In this document: piece after piece, positions 18,334-27,315 of the stretch | How positions within the stretch are numbered: the first letter of the stretch is position 1 | Layout of the letters: every line of letters begins with the position of its first letter | Source of the DNA: a virus | Virus record (IMG/VR): IMGVR_UViG_3300027770_000039 | Location: 1 to 64,000 of that record | Length of the DNA stretch: 64,000 nt | Reading direction: 5' to 3' (one strand) | Position numbers and translations under genes: made by a program | Notes under the pieces: generated by a model | What the model saw: the letters and a program-made list of their open reading frames with translations, nothing else | Told to the model about the DNA's origin: nothing | Database searches by the model: none

Positions 18334-19002
18334 TTACCACTCTACGCTACCAGTTGAGGCAACTGCTAGTTCTTGTGAGGACTCTCCCATGTAGAAAGAC
18401 TCTTGTTCTGCGTATGGAACATTCCTTACAGCAGTTTTTTCAAGATCAAATAGTTCTAATTTTGAAAAATCAAAAGGTGTTTCATCTTTGGCCAAAGGAA
18501 TAATTGTGTAGCTTGTGTCTGTCTTGCTACCGTTTCTTTTAATTCGCCAATTTAAATTTGTAATACTTCCCATTTCACCAGCGTATTCGATTAATGTAGG
18601 AGTAATTGTTTTTCCACTTGTTCCCTGAGACAATATTGCAACATATGGATCATTCTTTCCGTCATCAACTAATACATTGATATAAATACGGGTTCTAGCT
18701 TTCCATCCAGCCTTTGGATCTTTGCGATGCTGTTCTTGCGCCCAGTCGCGTCCTTCTGACTCCATGGTGTCTAGAGCTTTTCTTCGATAATCTTTTGGAT
18801 TGGTATGCTCTAAGGCAATAAATCCACATCCGAGTTTGTCATTGTAGTTGGGTGAATCTGCATCCAACTCTTGAAGAAATCTAATCTTAACGCTTTCTCC
18901 ATCTTCAATTTTTAACCAACGACCTTTATTTTCTTCTCCGCCTGAATATGCAGGCTTGTCTAGTGCTTTATTTAGGTCTTTTAGACCTTTTACTATGCTC
19001 AT
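18334..19002 (-). CDS. Phage ssDNA-binding protein (gp32-like)
   Basis: WLKIEDGESVKIRF, YINVLV and RIKRNGSKTDTSY motifs; strong SD; own promoter TGATACAAT at 19056-19048; replication-module context. Confidence 0.75.
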   Translation of the reverse strand: MSIVKGLKDLNKALDKPAYSGGEENKGRWLKIEDGESVKIRFLQELDADSPNYNDKLGCGFIALEHTNPKDYRRKALDTMESEGRDWAQEQHRKDPKAGWKARTRIYINVLVDDGKNDPYVAILSQGTSGKTITPTLIEYAGEMGSITNLNWRIKRNGSKTDTSYTIIPLAKDETPFDFSKLELFDLEKTAVRNVPYAEQESFYMGESSQELAVASTGSVEW

Positions 19003-19053
19003 TTCTTCTCCTTTTGTAGTTGATGGTATAGATCCATCTGTTTTACCATTGTA

Positions 19054-20052
19054 TCATAATGTCCAGGATTTGTATTCCACATCGGACACTGAATTTATTA
19101 TGCATTCCTTAATTTCTTTTTCTGATAAATCTCCTGCGTCTTTTGCATTATTTTGATAAACTTTACCATATTCACAAGAAGCCCAAAGAATATCTTTATT
19201 TCTTAGGCTAGAGGAAATAGATAATCCAAGTTCCCTACCAGCTGAATCTGCGTCTGTCATTATAGTAATTTTTGTAAAGTATCTATTTAACAAATTAAGA
19301 TTGTTGCTTGATAAGTGCCCTCCCAGAGTGGCAACAACATTGGGGAATCCAGCCTGATGTACCCTGATAGCATCAAAACTAGATTCAACAATGATTACGT
19401 GGCTACCAATTTTCTTTGCCCTGTGTATATTAAACAATGTTTGATTCTTAGGAAGGTTGGTGCTATTTTTAAATTTTTTCTCAACTATAGATCTTCCAAC
19501 TATTCCTACTGGGAGTCCGTCTGGGCTGTGCACTGGAACAACTACCATGTTTTGAGATTCAGAGTAACCCAGTCTAAAATAATTCATAGACTCTGAATTT
19601 ATCCCTCTTGTCTCAAAATAATCTCTTGCTTCTTTACTAAGAGTTAGTCCCAAATAAAGCTCATCTAATTTCTTGGAATTAAACTCAACAAACTCTGGCT
19701 TATCTTCTAAGGCTTGGCTTAAAAGAATATCAAAATTATCTAAGGACTCACTCTCTTTGTTTGAAACCAATCGTATAGCTTCAAAATCATTTTTATTACA
19801 AATTCTTTTAACTAGCTGAATAATGTTTCCAGATTCCGCACATGCTGGGTTGAAGCATATCCATGCTCCATTTTCTTCACTAATATAAAAGCAAGGCGTA
19901 TGAGTATTGTTATGAAATGGACAATACAAAACTAAATTATGATTAGACTCACTAATTATCCTTAGTCCAATTTCTTTAACAACAGACTTTATATGGTTTG
20001 GTGCATACTGCGTGGAATTACTTTTCCTTGCGTTATCCCTGACGATTCCCAT
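19054..20052 (-). CDS. dnaG: DNA primase (CHC2 zinc finger + TOPRIM)
   Basis: CPFH...CFNPAC, IVESSFDA, MTDADSAG, KDAGD; start likely MGIVRD at 20052 after AGGAGG. Confidence 0.92.
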   Translation of the reverse strand: MGIVRDNARKSNSTQYAPNHIKSVVKEIGLRIISESNHNLVLYCPFHNNTHTPCFYISEENGAWICFNPACAESGNIIQLVKRICNKNDFEAIRLVSNKESESLDNFDILLSQALEDKPEFVEFNSKKLDELYLGLTLSKEARDYFETRGINSESMNYFRLGYSESQNMVVVPVHSPDGLPVGIVGRSIVEKKFKNSTNLPKNQTLFNIHRAKKIGSHVIIVESSFDAIRVHQAGFPNVVATLGGHLSSNNLNLLNRYFTKITIMTDADSAGRELGLSISSSLRNKDILWASCEYGKVYQNNAKDAGDLSEKEIKECIINSVSDVEYKSWTL

Positions 20053-20288
20053 GCCTTCCTCCTTCCTACGTATATACCATGTAAGGTCATTAAGAACTTC
20101 CATGTTTCACCTGTAAATTCTACCGAAAATGCTGTGTCTATGTCAAGTACCCTGGCATATCCTTTTGATCTCATATCATGAGTCAAAATATTTTCGTATT
20201 GATTTTTTATACGAATCATATCAGAATCTTCTTTGAAAAAAACTTCAATTTGAAATTTTTTAATTGTTTTGTGCTGGTGCATAATCAT
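19989..20288 (-). CDS. Hypothetical protein
   Basis: ORF between helicase and primase, overlapping both. Confidence 0.6.
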   Translation of the reverse strand: MIMHQHKTIKKFQIEVFFKEDSDMIRIKNQYENILTHDMRSKGYARVLDIDTAFSVEFTGETWKFLMTLHGIYVGRRKAWESSGITQGKVIPRSMHQTI

Positions 20289-21498
20289 ATAATTCTTTAA
20301 TTATTCCTCTATTGATATCCCAGTCTAAGTGGAAAGCAAACTCGTGTCCGTGTCTATTCTTTCTAGAAACAATTTCAATTAAATTTGTTCCAGGATGTTT
20401 GTGGATAGCCATTGCCATATCAGCATCATACTCTATCGCTTTAGACCAAGCTACTTGGCTCATCATTGGCGGATCATCTTGATCAGATACGTCATCGGCT
20501 GTTGCCGCTGTAATATCTATAACTGGGATGTTGTTTGAAACTGCAAGTAATTTAAACTCTCTAGAAATATTTCTGTTTCTTTCTACCTCAGAATGACTTC
20601 TCTTATTATCATTAAACAATTGATGATAGTCTAAAATAACTAAATCTGGCTTGTGTTGATCTATCTTTCCTTGAACAGTCGCTGGAGTTACTTCTGTATT
20701 TCCTTCATTAGAAACTAAAACAAAACTATTCTTTCCTTCAAATCTTTTAGTACCCCAAGATTTAAAATCATCAATATTAATATCTCCTCGAGAAAGATCG
20801 CTAGCTTTAAATAGTCCAGACCCAAGCATTGTATAAATACGATCACGCATATTTTCTGGAGACATTTCCAAAGAAACAATCATTGGCTTAAATCCTTGCT
20901 CCCAGGCTTTACATGCAAGATAAGAAGTAAACCATGTCTTTCCTTTTCCTGGCCAACCAATAGCAACAATTAAATGTCCTGGTGCCATACCAGTTGGGTA
21001 TGCAGCATCTATTGCTTTGAATCCAGTTAATATTCCTGGGCTTCCTCCCATTACAGAAGCTCTGTCTTTTACTGAAGAGAAGTGCCTTGTTGCAGAGTCT
21101 AAATCTATAACGTCTAAGTCTCTTACATTATTTGTAAACCTTGAAAGGTTTGCCAATTTGCTTTGCATATCTGCAAGTACTCTTGAGGCAGCATCTTGCT
21201 TTAAAGCAGATCCAGATTGAAGAAGTATGTTTTTTAATTTTGAAGACAAGTATTCATTTTTTAATTTATCTAGGTAGTATCCAGTTTCAGCCTTTACATT
21301 AATGTCTGGGTCAAAGTCATGAAACTTTTCCTGAAGAACACTAGCCTCTGGCACAGCCTTAAACTTATAATAGTAAGACTTTAAGCCTTCCCAAATATCC
21401 CTATGTGACGTAAAAAGATCATCTACGTTATCTGCAAGCAGGGTGCTAATGTCTTTATTTTGACACACTGCGGATATTAGTGTTGCTTCGGTATTCAT
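20260..21498 (-). CDS. dnaB: Replicative DnaB-like helicase
   Basis: GWPGKGKT, SLEMS, ILDYHQL, IEYDAD, KNRHG. Confidence 0.95.
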   Translation of the reverse strand: MNTEATLISAVCQNKDISTLLADNVDDLFTSHRDIWEGLKSYYYKFKAVPEASVLQEKFHDFDPDINVKAETGYYLDKLKNEYLSSKLKNILLQSGSALKQDAASRVLADMQSKLANLSRFTNNVRDLDVIDLDSATRHFSSVKDRASVMGGSPGILTGFKAIDAAYPTGMAPGHLIVAIGWPGKGKTWFTSYLACKAWEQGFKPMIVSLEMSPENMRDRIYTMLGSGLFKASDLSRGDINIDDFKSWGTKRFEGKNSFVLVSNEGNTEVTPATVQGKIDQHKPDLVILDYHQLFNDNKRSHSEVERNRNISREFKLLAVSNNIPVIDITAATADDVSDQDDPPMMSQVAWSKAIEYDADMAMAIHKHPGTNLIEIVSRKNRHGHEFAFHLDWDINRGIIKELYDYAPAQNN

Positions 21499-21842
21499 TC
21501 GTCTACTTCCTCTACTAGTTTTTTAGTTTGCTCTCTTAAAATTTTTCTTTTTGCCTTATCTTTTTCTAATTCTTTTTGTGCAGAATCAATTTTGTCAAAA
21601 TTGTATAAGAAAAATATTAAAGGATGTCCGTGCTTTATTAGTTTAAAATAATATTCCAAAAGGGTCATTCCTCTATCAAAGCCAACGCTTTCAATAACGT
21701 CATTCATAGCCATCTTATCTCTAAATTTATTCAACACTGGTTTTTTGCCGTACTTTTCCTCGTAAAGCTTTTCGTATTTCCATAGCATTATGTAGGGCTG
21801 TTTATTTTTTTCAGCCTTGGAAATGGCTAGATCATTTTCCAT
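21495..21842 (-). CDS. Hypothetical protein (helicase-adjacent)
   Basis: ATGA coupling to dnaB. Confidence 0.7.
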   Translation of the reverse strand: MENDLAISKAEKNKQPYIMLWKYEKLYEEKYGKKPVLNKFRDKMAMNDVIESVGFDRGMTLLEYYFKLIKHGHPLIFFLYNFDKIDSAQKELEKDKAKRKILREQTKKLVEEVDE

Positions 21843-22035
21843 TTTTTAATTCTTTCTCTATTTCTTGAGTTTTTTCAATAAGCTTTTCTTCGACAAATTT
21901 ATAAACACGCTCAGTGGCAGTATCTACATTTTCTCCATCACGCACATTGTCTTCTACGCCTATTCCAATTTTAATGCTTTCAAAATTTCCTAGGTTTCTA
22001 GTAAAGGATAGGTCAACCTTAACCACTGTTGTCAT
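21832..22035 (-). CDS. Hypothetical phage protein
   Basis: VDLSFTRNLGNFESIKI; coupled ORF. Confidence 0.75.
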   Translation of the reverse strand: MTTVVKVDLSFTRNLGNFESIKIGIGVEDNVRDGENVDTATERVYKFVEEKLIEKTQEIEKELKNGK

Positions 22036-22145
22036 TTATGCTCCGCCTTCTTGTGTCTATTTAAAGTTTCATTAGCAAATATTCCCCAGCGAACCTCTAC
22101 ATCTTTATTGCAAATATCACAAGTGACAACTTTGCTTTTTTCCAC
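22032..22145 (-). CDS. Tiny C2H2-like zinc-finger protein (37 aa, not in ORF track)
   Basis: GTG start; MEKSKVVTCDICNKDVEVRWGIFANETLNRHKKAEHK; overlaps both neighbours. Confidence 0.65.
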   Translation of the reverse strand: MEKSKVVTCDICNKDVEVRWGIFANETLNRHKKAEHK

Positions 22146-22624
22146 TAGTCCGCCTTCCACACTGGAACAAATCCAGATTCAGTTTTAGTATACAATATAA
22201 TATTATTTTTGAGAAGTGCCCTTAGTTCCGACCTACTAGGTATGTTTTTTACATATCCAGCTTCTAGGATATACGCATGTAAGTCAAGTATGTCAGACTC
22301 ACTAAACATAAACTTATACCACAAGCTATCTGGATTACTTATCGGATATACCTTTTGAGGTTTCTTTATTTTTCCTTGCAAGATATACTCTTCAATTGTA
22401 ACTTTATGTCTTCCAAGAATTAAGCCTACATCTTTTATCGTATATGCGTTTTCCATTTTTTTTAAAACTTCGGAATAGCTATACATCATTCTTTTTTTCT
22501 CAGCATAACACCAAGCGACTACTTCGTCTCTAGGCCTAGATAACCTAATTACTTTATGTAATTTGTTATTTAAGAAGAAATAGAGAAATTTTTTGCGTGC
22601 TTTTGATCCATTTTTTCTAGCCAT
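22145..22624 (-). CDS. MerR/excisionase-like HTH DNA-binding protein
   Basis: YTIKDVGLILGRHKVTIEEY...GKI...FSESDI. Confidence 0.65.
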   Translation of the reverse strand: MARKNGSKARKKFLYFFLNNKLHKVIRLSRPRDEVVAWCYAEKKRMMYSYSEVLKKMENAYTIKDVGLILGRHKVTIEEYILQGKIKKPQKVYPISNPDSLWYKFMFSESDILDLHAYILEAGYVKNIPSRSELRALLKNNIILYTKTESGFVPVWKAD

Positions 22625-22755
22625 TTTCCGAACGCACTCGTTTCTTTACTAATCATCCACCTTTTCCCGCACTGCATGCAGAACAATTCAACATGTAGTT
22701 TTTGAGAAAAAACTCTATCTACAAAAACTCTACCTCTACACTTTTGACATTTCAT
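22570..22755 (-). CDS. Zinc-ribbon protein
   Basis: MKCQKC...CMQCG; start likely 22755. Confidence 0.7.
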   Translation of the reverse strand: MKCQKCRGRVFVDRVFSQKLHVELFCMQCGKRWMISKETSAFGKWLEKMDQKHAKNFSISS

Positions 22756-23570
22756 TATAAAGTAAACAATTTCCCGTCTACTACACAAGTATATTCTGGT
22801 GATACGTGTATCATGTTAACGTGTGGATACTTTCCATTTTCAATATGCGCTATTGCAAATCCCTTTTGCCAGTCATGATGCTGGGTGTATTTCATTCCTG
22901 GACCCTTTTCATCGCACATATGACCAATCTCATATCCACGCAAAGTTTCCCCCTTGCCTTTATTTCTTAATTCATAAGTAACTAAATGAGATGCAATCCT
23001 ATGAGAATGTCCTCTAATTAAAGATACTTGTAGATCTTCCATGTCTTTTCTAACCGACCCTGTTGCTGAAATTGAAATTCCATGATGGACGTGGATATCT
23101 CCAAAACGTTTCTTTGGCAATTCATTATAATAAATATAATCATATCCTAATGAATCTAAACTCCATAAAGCTTCTGGGGTAACATGCTTTGCATATTCAG
23201 GAATTTTCTTATCCAAATAATCAAAAATTCTAATATCATGATTTCCTAACGCTGAGAATAGTTGTGCGTTTGGAAGCATCTTTCTTGTTCTTTCATAAAA
23301 TTCACGGGCACCACTTGCCTCAAACTTCATGTCTTTTAGCATTAACTCTAAATCATTTGTTACGTCGTCATTCTTGTATGCCTTTAAAAACTCTGTTGGC
23401 TTTCCTTCTGTAAATCTACTGTAGCAAGCCTGATCATCTGTGTCGCCAAGATAGTCTACAACATCTGGCTTAAACCACTTCATAACCTTAAACCAAAGCT
23501 CAATCATTTTATCATCTTGATATGGAAATTGCTGATCCGAGGACAGCATCCATTTTAAATCATTTGCCAT
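22755..23570 (-). CDS. Calcineurin-like metallophosphoesterase
   Basis: SDQQ, LGDTDD, GNHD, HHG, GHSH. Confidence 0.85.
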   Translation of the reverse strand: MANDLKWMLSSDQQFPYQDDKMIELWFKVMKWFKPDVVDYLGDTDDQACYSRFTEGKPTEFLKAYKNDDVTNDLELMLKDMKFEASGAREFYERTRKMLPNAQLFSALGNHDIRIFDYLDKKIPEYAKHVTPEALWSLDSLGYDYIYYNELPKKRFGDIHVHHGISISATGSVRKDMEDLQVSLIRGHSHRIASHLVTYELRNKGKGETLRGYEIGHMCDEKGPGMKYTQHHDWQKGFAIAHIENGKYPHVNMIHVSPEYTCVVDGKLFTL

Positions 23571-23584
23571 TCAATATCCTTAAA

Positions 23585-23653
23585 TTAAAAAAGTCACATT
23601 TTTTGTGACTTTGAGTACTACGTATATCTTAACATATAATGACAGTCTGTCAA
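23585..23653 (-). promoter_or_regulatory. Promoter at the head of the replication module, with palindrome and terminator-like hairpin
   Basis: TTGACA-16 nt-TAAGAT with TG extension; palindrome TGACAG-A-CTGTCA at 23640-23652; hairpin AAAGTCACA/TGTGACTTT plus T-run at 23612-23587. Confidence 0.65.
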
Positions 23654-23656
23654 TAT

Positions 23657-24064
23657 TTAGTTAGCCTTTTCTTTAAAAGCAATGTAGTTTATTTTTAGCT
23701 CTCCAACTGGTCCGTTAGAAAAGTATTGAACTTGTTTGCCATTAATTATCCTGAGAGTGATTTGTCTTCCAGAACTAATAGAGCCACCACCAATACTAAT
23801 TGTATAAATAGGAGTTTCTCCATTAAACTTTGCATCTACTGGCAAATCTACTATTGCAGACGGACCTCCAGAAGCAGAAGTTACTGCTGGAATTGTAATG
23901 GAACCACCAGAAATTACTGGAACAGTTGTAGTTCCGTCTTCTAGGGTATTTTGCAAACCTTGAGCAATTTGGTAAGTTTTTGTTAAACCATCTTTTAAAT
24001 CATTTAATTTGCTAGCGTCTAAAGGCTCTCCGTCATTAAATATTGGTTGCTTTAAAGTTGCCAC
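23657..24064 (-). CDS. Hypothetical virion-associated protein
   Basis: FNDGEPLDASKLN N-terminus; last gene of the tail operon. Confidence 0.6.
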   Translation of the reverse strand: MATLKQPIFNDGEPLDASKLNDLKDGLTKTYQIAQGLQNTLEDGTTTVPVISGGSITIPAVTSASGGPSAIVDLPVDAKFNGETPIYTISIGGGSISSGRQITLRIINGKQVQYFSNGPVGELKINYIAFKEKAN

Positions 24065-24066
24065 AA

Positions 24067-24255
24067 TTAAACCTCTTTCACAATCTTGTCTAGGCTGTCT
24101 GAGTATTCTTCAATAGACTTTTCACGTTCTTGATTTTGATCAATAAGTAAAGTAATTTCTGAACGCAATACCGCTATCTGAGTTTCATAATTAGATACAA
24201 TTTCTCCTATGCGTTGCTGCAAGGCTGTAATAATTAATTCTGTTTTATCCGCCAT
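24067..24255 (-). CDS. Small coiled-coil protein
   Basis: Heptad pattern. Confidence 0.7.
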   Translation of the reverse strand: MADKTELIITALQQRIGEIVSNYETQIAVLRSEITLLIDQNQEREKSIEEYSDSLDKIVKEV

Positions 24256-24257
24256 CT

Positions 24258-24497
24258 CTATTCCTGCGCTTCTGGGTATTTTGCGGCCTCTGTTGTCAAG
24301 GCAGCAATTTGAGCATTTACGGAAGTCTGTGCTGCGTTTAAAGAAGCAATGCTTTCTGCACTTGATTGAGTTTTAGCATTTTCAACAATTACGTCTATGT
24401 CTAAATTAAATTTAACATGATGTAAGCTTTTAATACGACTCTCAACAATTGCACGTTTTTCTGAATTTGATAATATTGTCATTTTTCCTCCTTTCAC
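24258..24497 (-). CDS. Small coiled-coil protein
   Basis: Start probably MTILS after AGGAGG; promoter TTGACT-16 nt-TATAAT at 24525-24498. Confidence 0.7.
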   Translation of the reverse strand: MKGGKMTILSNSEKRAIVESRIKSLHHVKFNLDIDVIVENAKTQSSAESIASLNAAQTSVNAQIAALTTEAAKYPEAQE

Positions 24498-24517
24498 ATT
24501 ATATCATTTTGAGTATA

Positions 24518-24736
24518 CTAGTCAAGCTCTTTATTCAAATCGCTTAATAAGTCTTGCATAATCAATATCTCAAGCTCTTTTAAGCTTATATCAAATGTAT
24601 ATCCATCTATTGTTTCTTGATCTACGGGATCTATTTTTTTAAAAATCTCAATTTCTTCATTTAGCGTAGAAATACAAGACATTAAATTTGATACCCTATC
24701 ATTAACAATGTTTATCTTATCATATACTGATAGCAT
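24518..24736 (-). CDS. Small coiled-coil protein
   Basis: AGGAG SD; N-terminus resembles that of 24258..24497. Confidence 0.7.
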   Translation of the reverse strand: MLSVYDKINIVNDRVSNLMSCISTLNEEIEIFKKIDPVDQETIDGYTFDISLKELEILIMQDLLSDLNKELD

Positions 24737-24756
24737 TTATCTCCTTATTTAATTTA

Positions 24757-27309
24757 TTATACATTATATGTGGTTGTGGTAGCGGTTGTGGTATTCCTCT
24801 TTGTGCCACCATATTTCATTGTTCCAGCAATTCCCGTTCCGCTAGAGCCAGAATAAGGTGTTGCGTAAATTTCATAATAGTTATTAAATGCACCAGTATT
24901 GCTGGTAACCGTAACAGATCCTGCTGTATTAACAGTTCCGCTAGCCGCAACTGTGGCTCCGATTGGAAGAGATGCAGAAGTGTATATAGTGTATACAACT
25001 GATGCTGCATTTGTAGTTGTAATTGTAACAGAAATTCTAGGACTATTTGGAGAAGCAGTGGTTCCTCCACCGTTTCTCATTGCAAAGCTAGATAGAACTG
25101 GTGTAGGTGTTGCTGCGCTAGTTGTAAAACTATAACTAGCAGAAGCCGCGGTATTTGTAGAAGAATAAACAGTTACAGTTCCAGAATATGCTGTGCCAGC
25201 AGAAAGTCCAGTAAATGTATAACTATTAACATTTCCGACATAGGTACTATTTACATATGCGTAAGATTGATTTGTAGATGACCAGTTAATTGTTGCACCA
25301 CTTGTACTAATTCCGCTATTAGCATTCATTGAAACTGTTGGTACTATTGGGGCTTGTGTTACGGTAAACGCAAATCCAGAACTCCAATTACTAAATGTAG
25401 GACTTGGAACGGTTGACCCACCAGTTGCGCTTCCATTATTTACTGCAACAGATCTGACAAATGCATAATAAGTTCCAGCGGAGCCAGGACCAGAGCTATC
25501 TGTTAATGGGCTGGATGATCCGTAGGCGTCTGGCGAATTTCCTGTTGGAGGGGCATAGCTATTTGACCACCACCATATTTGATAATAAGGACCAGATCCA
25601 CCAGAAAAATATACTACTACTGGTTCTGCATTAGAGTTTCCAGAATTTACACTAGAAATAGTAGGGGCCGTAAGATTTGAAGATGAAACAGTAAATGCAT
25701 ATCCAGCACTCCATGCACTTGCAAGAGATGAAGGGCCTGCGCTTGTTTCTCCCAAAGAAGATACAGATCTTACATACATGTAGTATGTGTAACCAGTCGT
25801 GGCGGGACCAGTACTATCTGTAAGCGGACTGGAAGATCCTTCTTGATCTGGAGTAGCTCCAGCACCAGGCGCTGCGCCAGTTGTCCAATATATTTGGTAG
25901 TAAGGTCCTGATCCTCCACTAAAGTATGCTGTTACTGGAGCGCTCTCATTTGTTGAGGATACGGAGGTAATACTTGGAGCTGTCAGCACTGAAGCCTGTT
26001 GATTTGGAGCTGTAGTAACTGAAACATAACTATCGTCAATATCAGATGATGAAACATTTTTCCAAACTGAATCTGAAATAGCAGTCCAGCTTGCTGCAGA
26101 AGTGCTTGCTAGTGTTCCATCAAAATATACTCTTAAAACAGATCCAGCTGCCCAACCAAACGGCCCAATAATTCCAGCAAATCCATTTAATCCGTTTGAA
26201 TAGTAACCTGGACTATCTATATATGTAGGAACGCTACTTCCTTTTCTTACTAGATAAACATCGCAATATGGCTGTCCTGTATAAAATTTAATTTGATAAT
26301 CTAAAGCAGTTATTGATGATCGAAGCAAGGGAGATTGATAAGCATATGATCTAAAATATAAATGATAATTACTGCTATCAGAATATTCTTGAATTCTATA
26401 ATTAACCAAATCTTCATTCCATATATTAATATTTCTTCCGCTACCTGCTGTTCCAGCTACTGTTCCTCCGTTGTCTAATCCTATATATCCATTAGAACCA
26501 ACATATAAAATGTTTCCAAAATTAAATGAATACGGAGTCGTAACAGTTCCAGAAGATGTGTAACCACTTGTTGCTGAACCACCTGTATTTGTTCCAGTAA
26601 CTCTTACTCTAATTATTTTTCCTAGATCATCGGAGTCTATTAAATAACTATTGCTACTATTAAACTGAAGAATTGTACCATCTGAATAACTCCATTCGTA
26701 TTCATAACTGTTTGGAGAGGTGTCTCCAGAAATAGATGTTGTACTTTTCCAGGAACCAATCTGAGGTTGAGCCGTTAGGGTTACACCAACTACGGGGGAT
26801 CCCGAAAGAGTGTATGGCAACAAAGACACTGGAGAATATTTAACTACACGAGCCTCATTGCTGCTAGTTACATAGTCGGATGACCCAGATGAGTTAGTTG
26901 CCCTAACTTGATAAACAATATAATATCCATCATGAGATAAATTGGTAGATAATGTTGTATTAGTTTGAGCAGGACTAAATGGTCCATAGTTTCCACCACC
27001 TGCATATTGACTAAAGTACCATCTATCTTCATAAACTGTTGGGCTATTGCTCCAACTACCACGATATCCAGTTAAAGTGTCACCAACTCGTGCAATGACT
27101 GTGGTGTTATTAATATCATTTCCGCTAGAATTTCTTACTTTTGGAAAAGATATGATTCCTGGTATCTGGCTTCTTGCAAAAACTTTCACCCAGGCTGTAG
27201 TATTTTTTCTATATGCATTTAATATTTCTACCCAGCCATTTGTGTTTTTTCTAAAAACAGATAATATTTCTACCCAGCCATTTGTGTTTTTTCTAAATAT
27301 TGAAGGCAT
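24757..27309 (-). CDS. Tail fibre/adhesin with Ig-like and FnIII-like repeats
   Basis: S/T/G-rich; two Ig-like 'VGDTLT...YEW...VRATN' domains and two 'FSGGSGPYYQI.W' repeats; N-terminal 14-aa motif present three times. Confidence 0.7.
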   Translation of the reverse strand: MPSIFRKNTNGWVEILSVFRKNTNGWVEILNAYRKNTTAWVKVFARSQIPGIISFPKVRNSSGNDINNTTVIARVGDTLTGYRGSWSNSPTVYEDRWYFSQYAGGGNYGPFSPAQTNTTLSTNLSHDGYYIVYQVRATNSSGSSDYVTSSNEARVVKYSPVSLLPYTLSGSPVVGVTLTAQPQIGSWKSTTSISGDTSPNSYEYEWSYSDGTILQFNSSNSYLIDSDDLGKIIRVRVTGTNTGGSATSGYTSSGTVTTPYSFNFGNILYVGSNGYIGLDNGGTVAGTAGSGRNINIWNEDLVNYRIQEYSDSSNYHLYFRSYAYQSPLLRSSITALDYQIKFYTGQPYCDVYLVRKGSSVPTYIDSPGYYSNGLNGFAGIIGPFGWAAGSVLRVYFDGTLASTSAASWTAISDSVWKNVSSSDIDDSYVSVTTAPNQQASVLTAPSITSVSSTNESAPVTAYFSGGSGPYYQIYWTTGAAPGAGATPDQEGSSSPLTDSTGPATTGYTYYMYVRSVSSLGETSAGPSSLASAWSAGYAFTVSSSNLTAPTISSVNSGNSNAEPVVVYFSGGSGPYYQIWWWSNSYAPPTGNSPDAYGSSSPLTDSSGPGSAGTYYAFVRSVAVNNGSATGGSTVPSPTFSNWSSGFAFTVTQAPIVPTVSMNANSGISTSGATINWSSTNQSYAYVNSTYVGNVNSYTFTGLSAGTAYSGTVTVYSSTNTAASASYSFTTSAATPTPVLSSFAMRNGGGTTASPNSPRISVTITTTNAASVVYTIYTSASLPIGATVAASGTVNTAGSVTVTSNTGAFNNYYEIYATPYSGSSGTGIAGTMKYGGTKRNTTTATTTTYNV
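27221..27296. repeat. 42-bp-period tandem duplication within the CDS
   Basis: AATATTTCTACCCAGCCATTTGTGTTTTTCTAAA occurs twice, plus a degenerate third copy; encodes FRKNTNGWVEIL. Confidence 0.85.
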
Positions 27310-27315
27310 ATTTTA

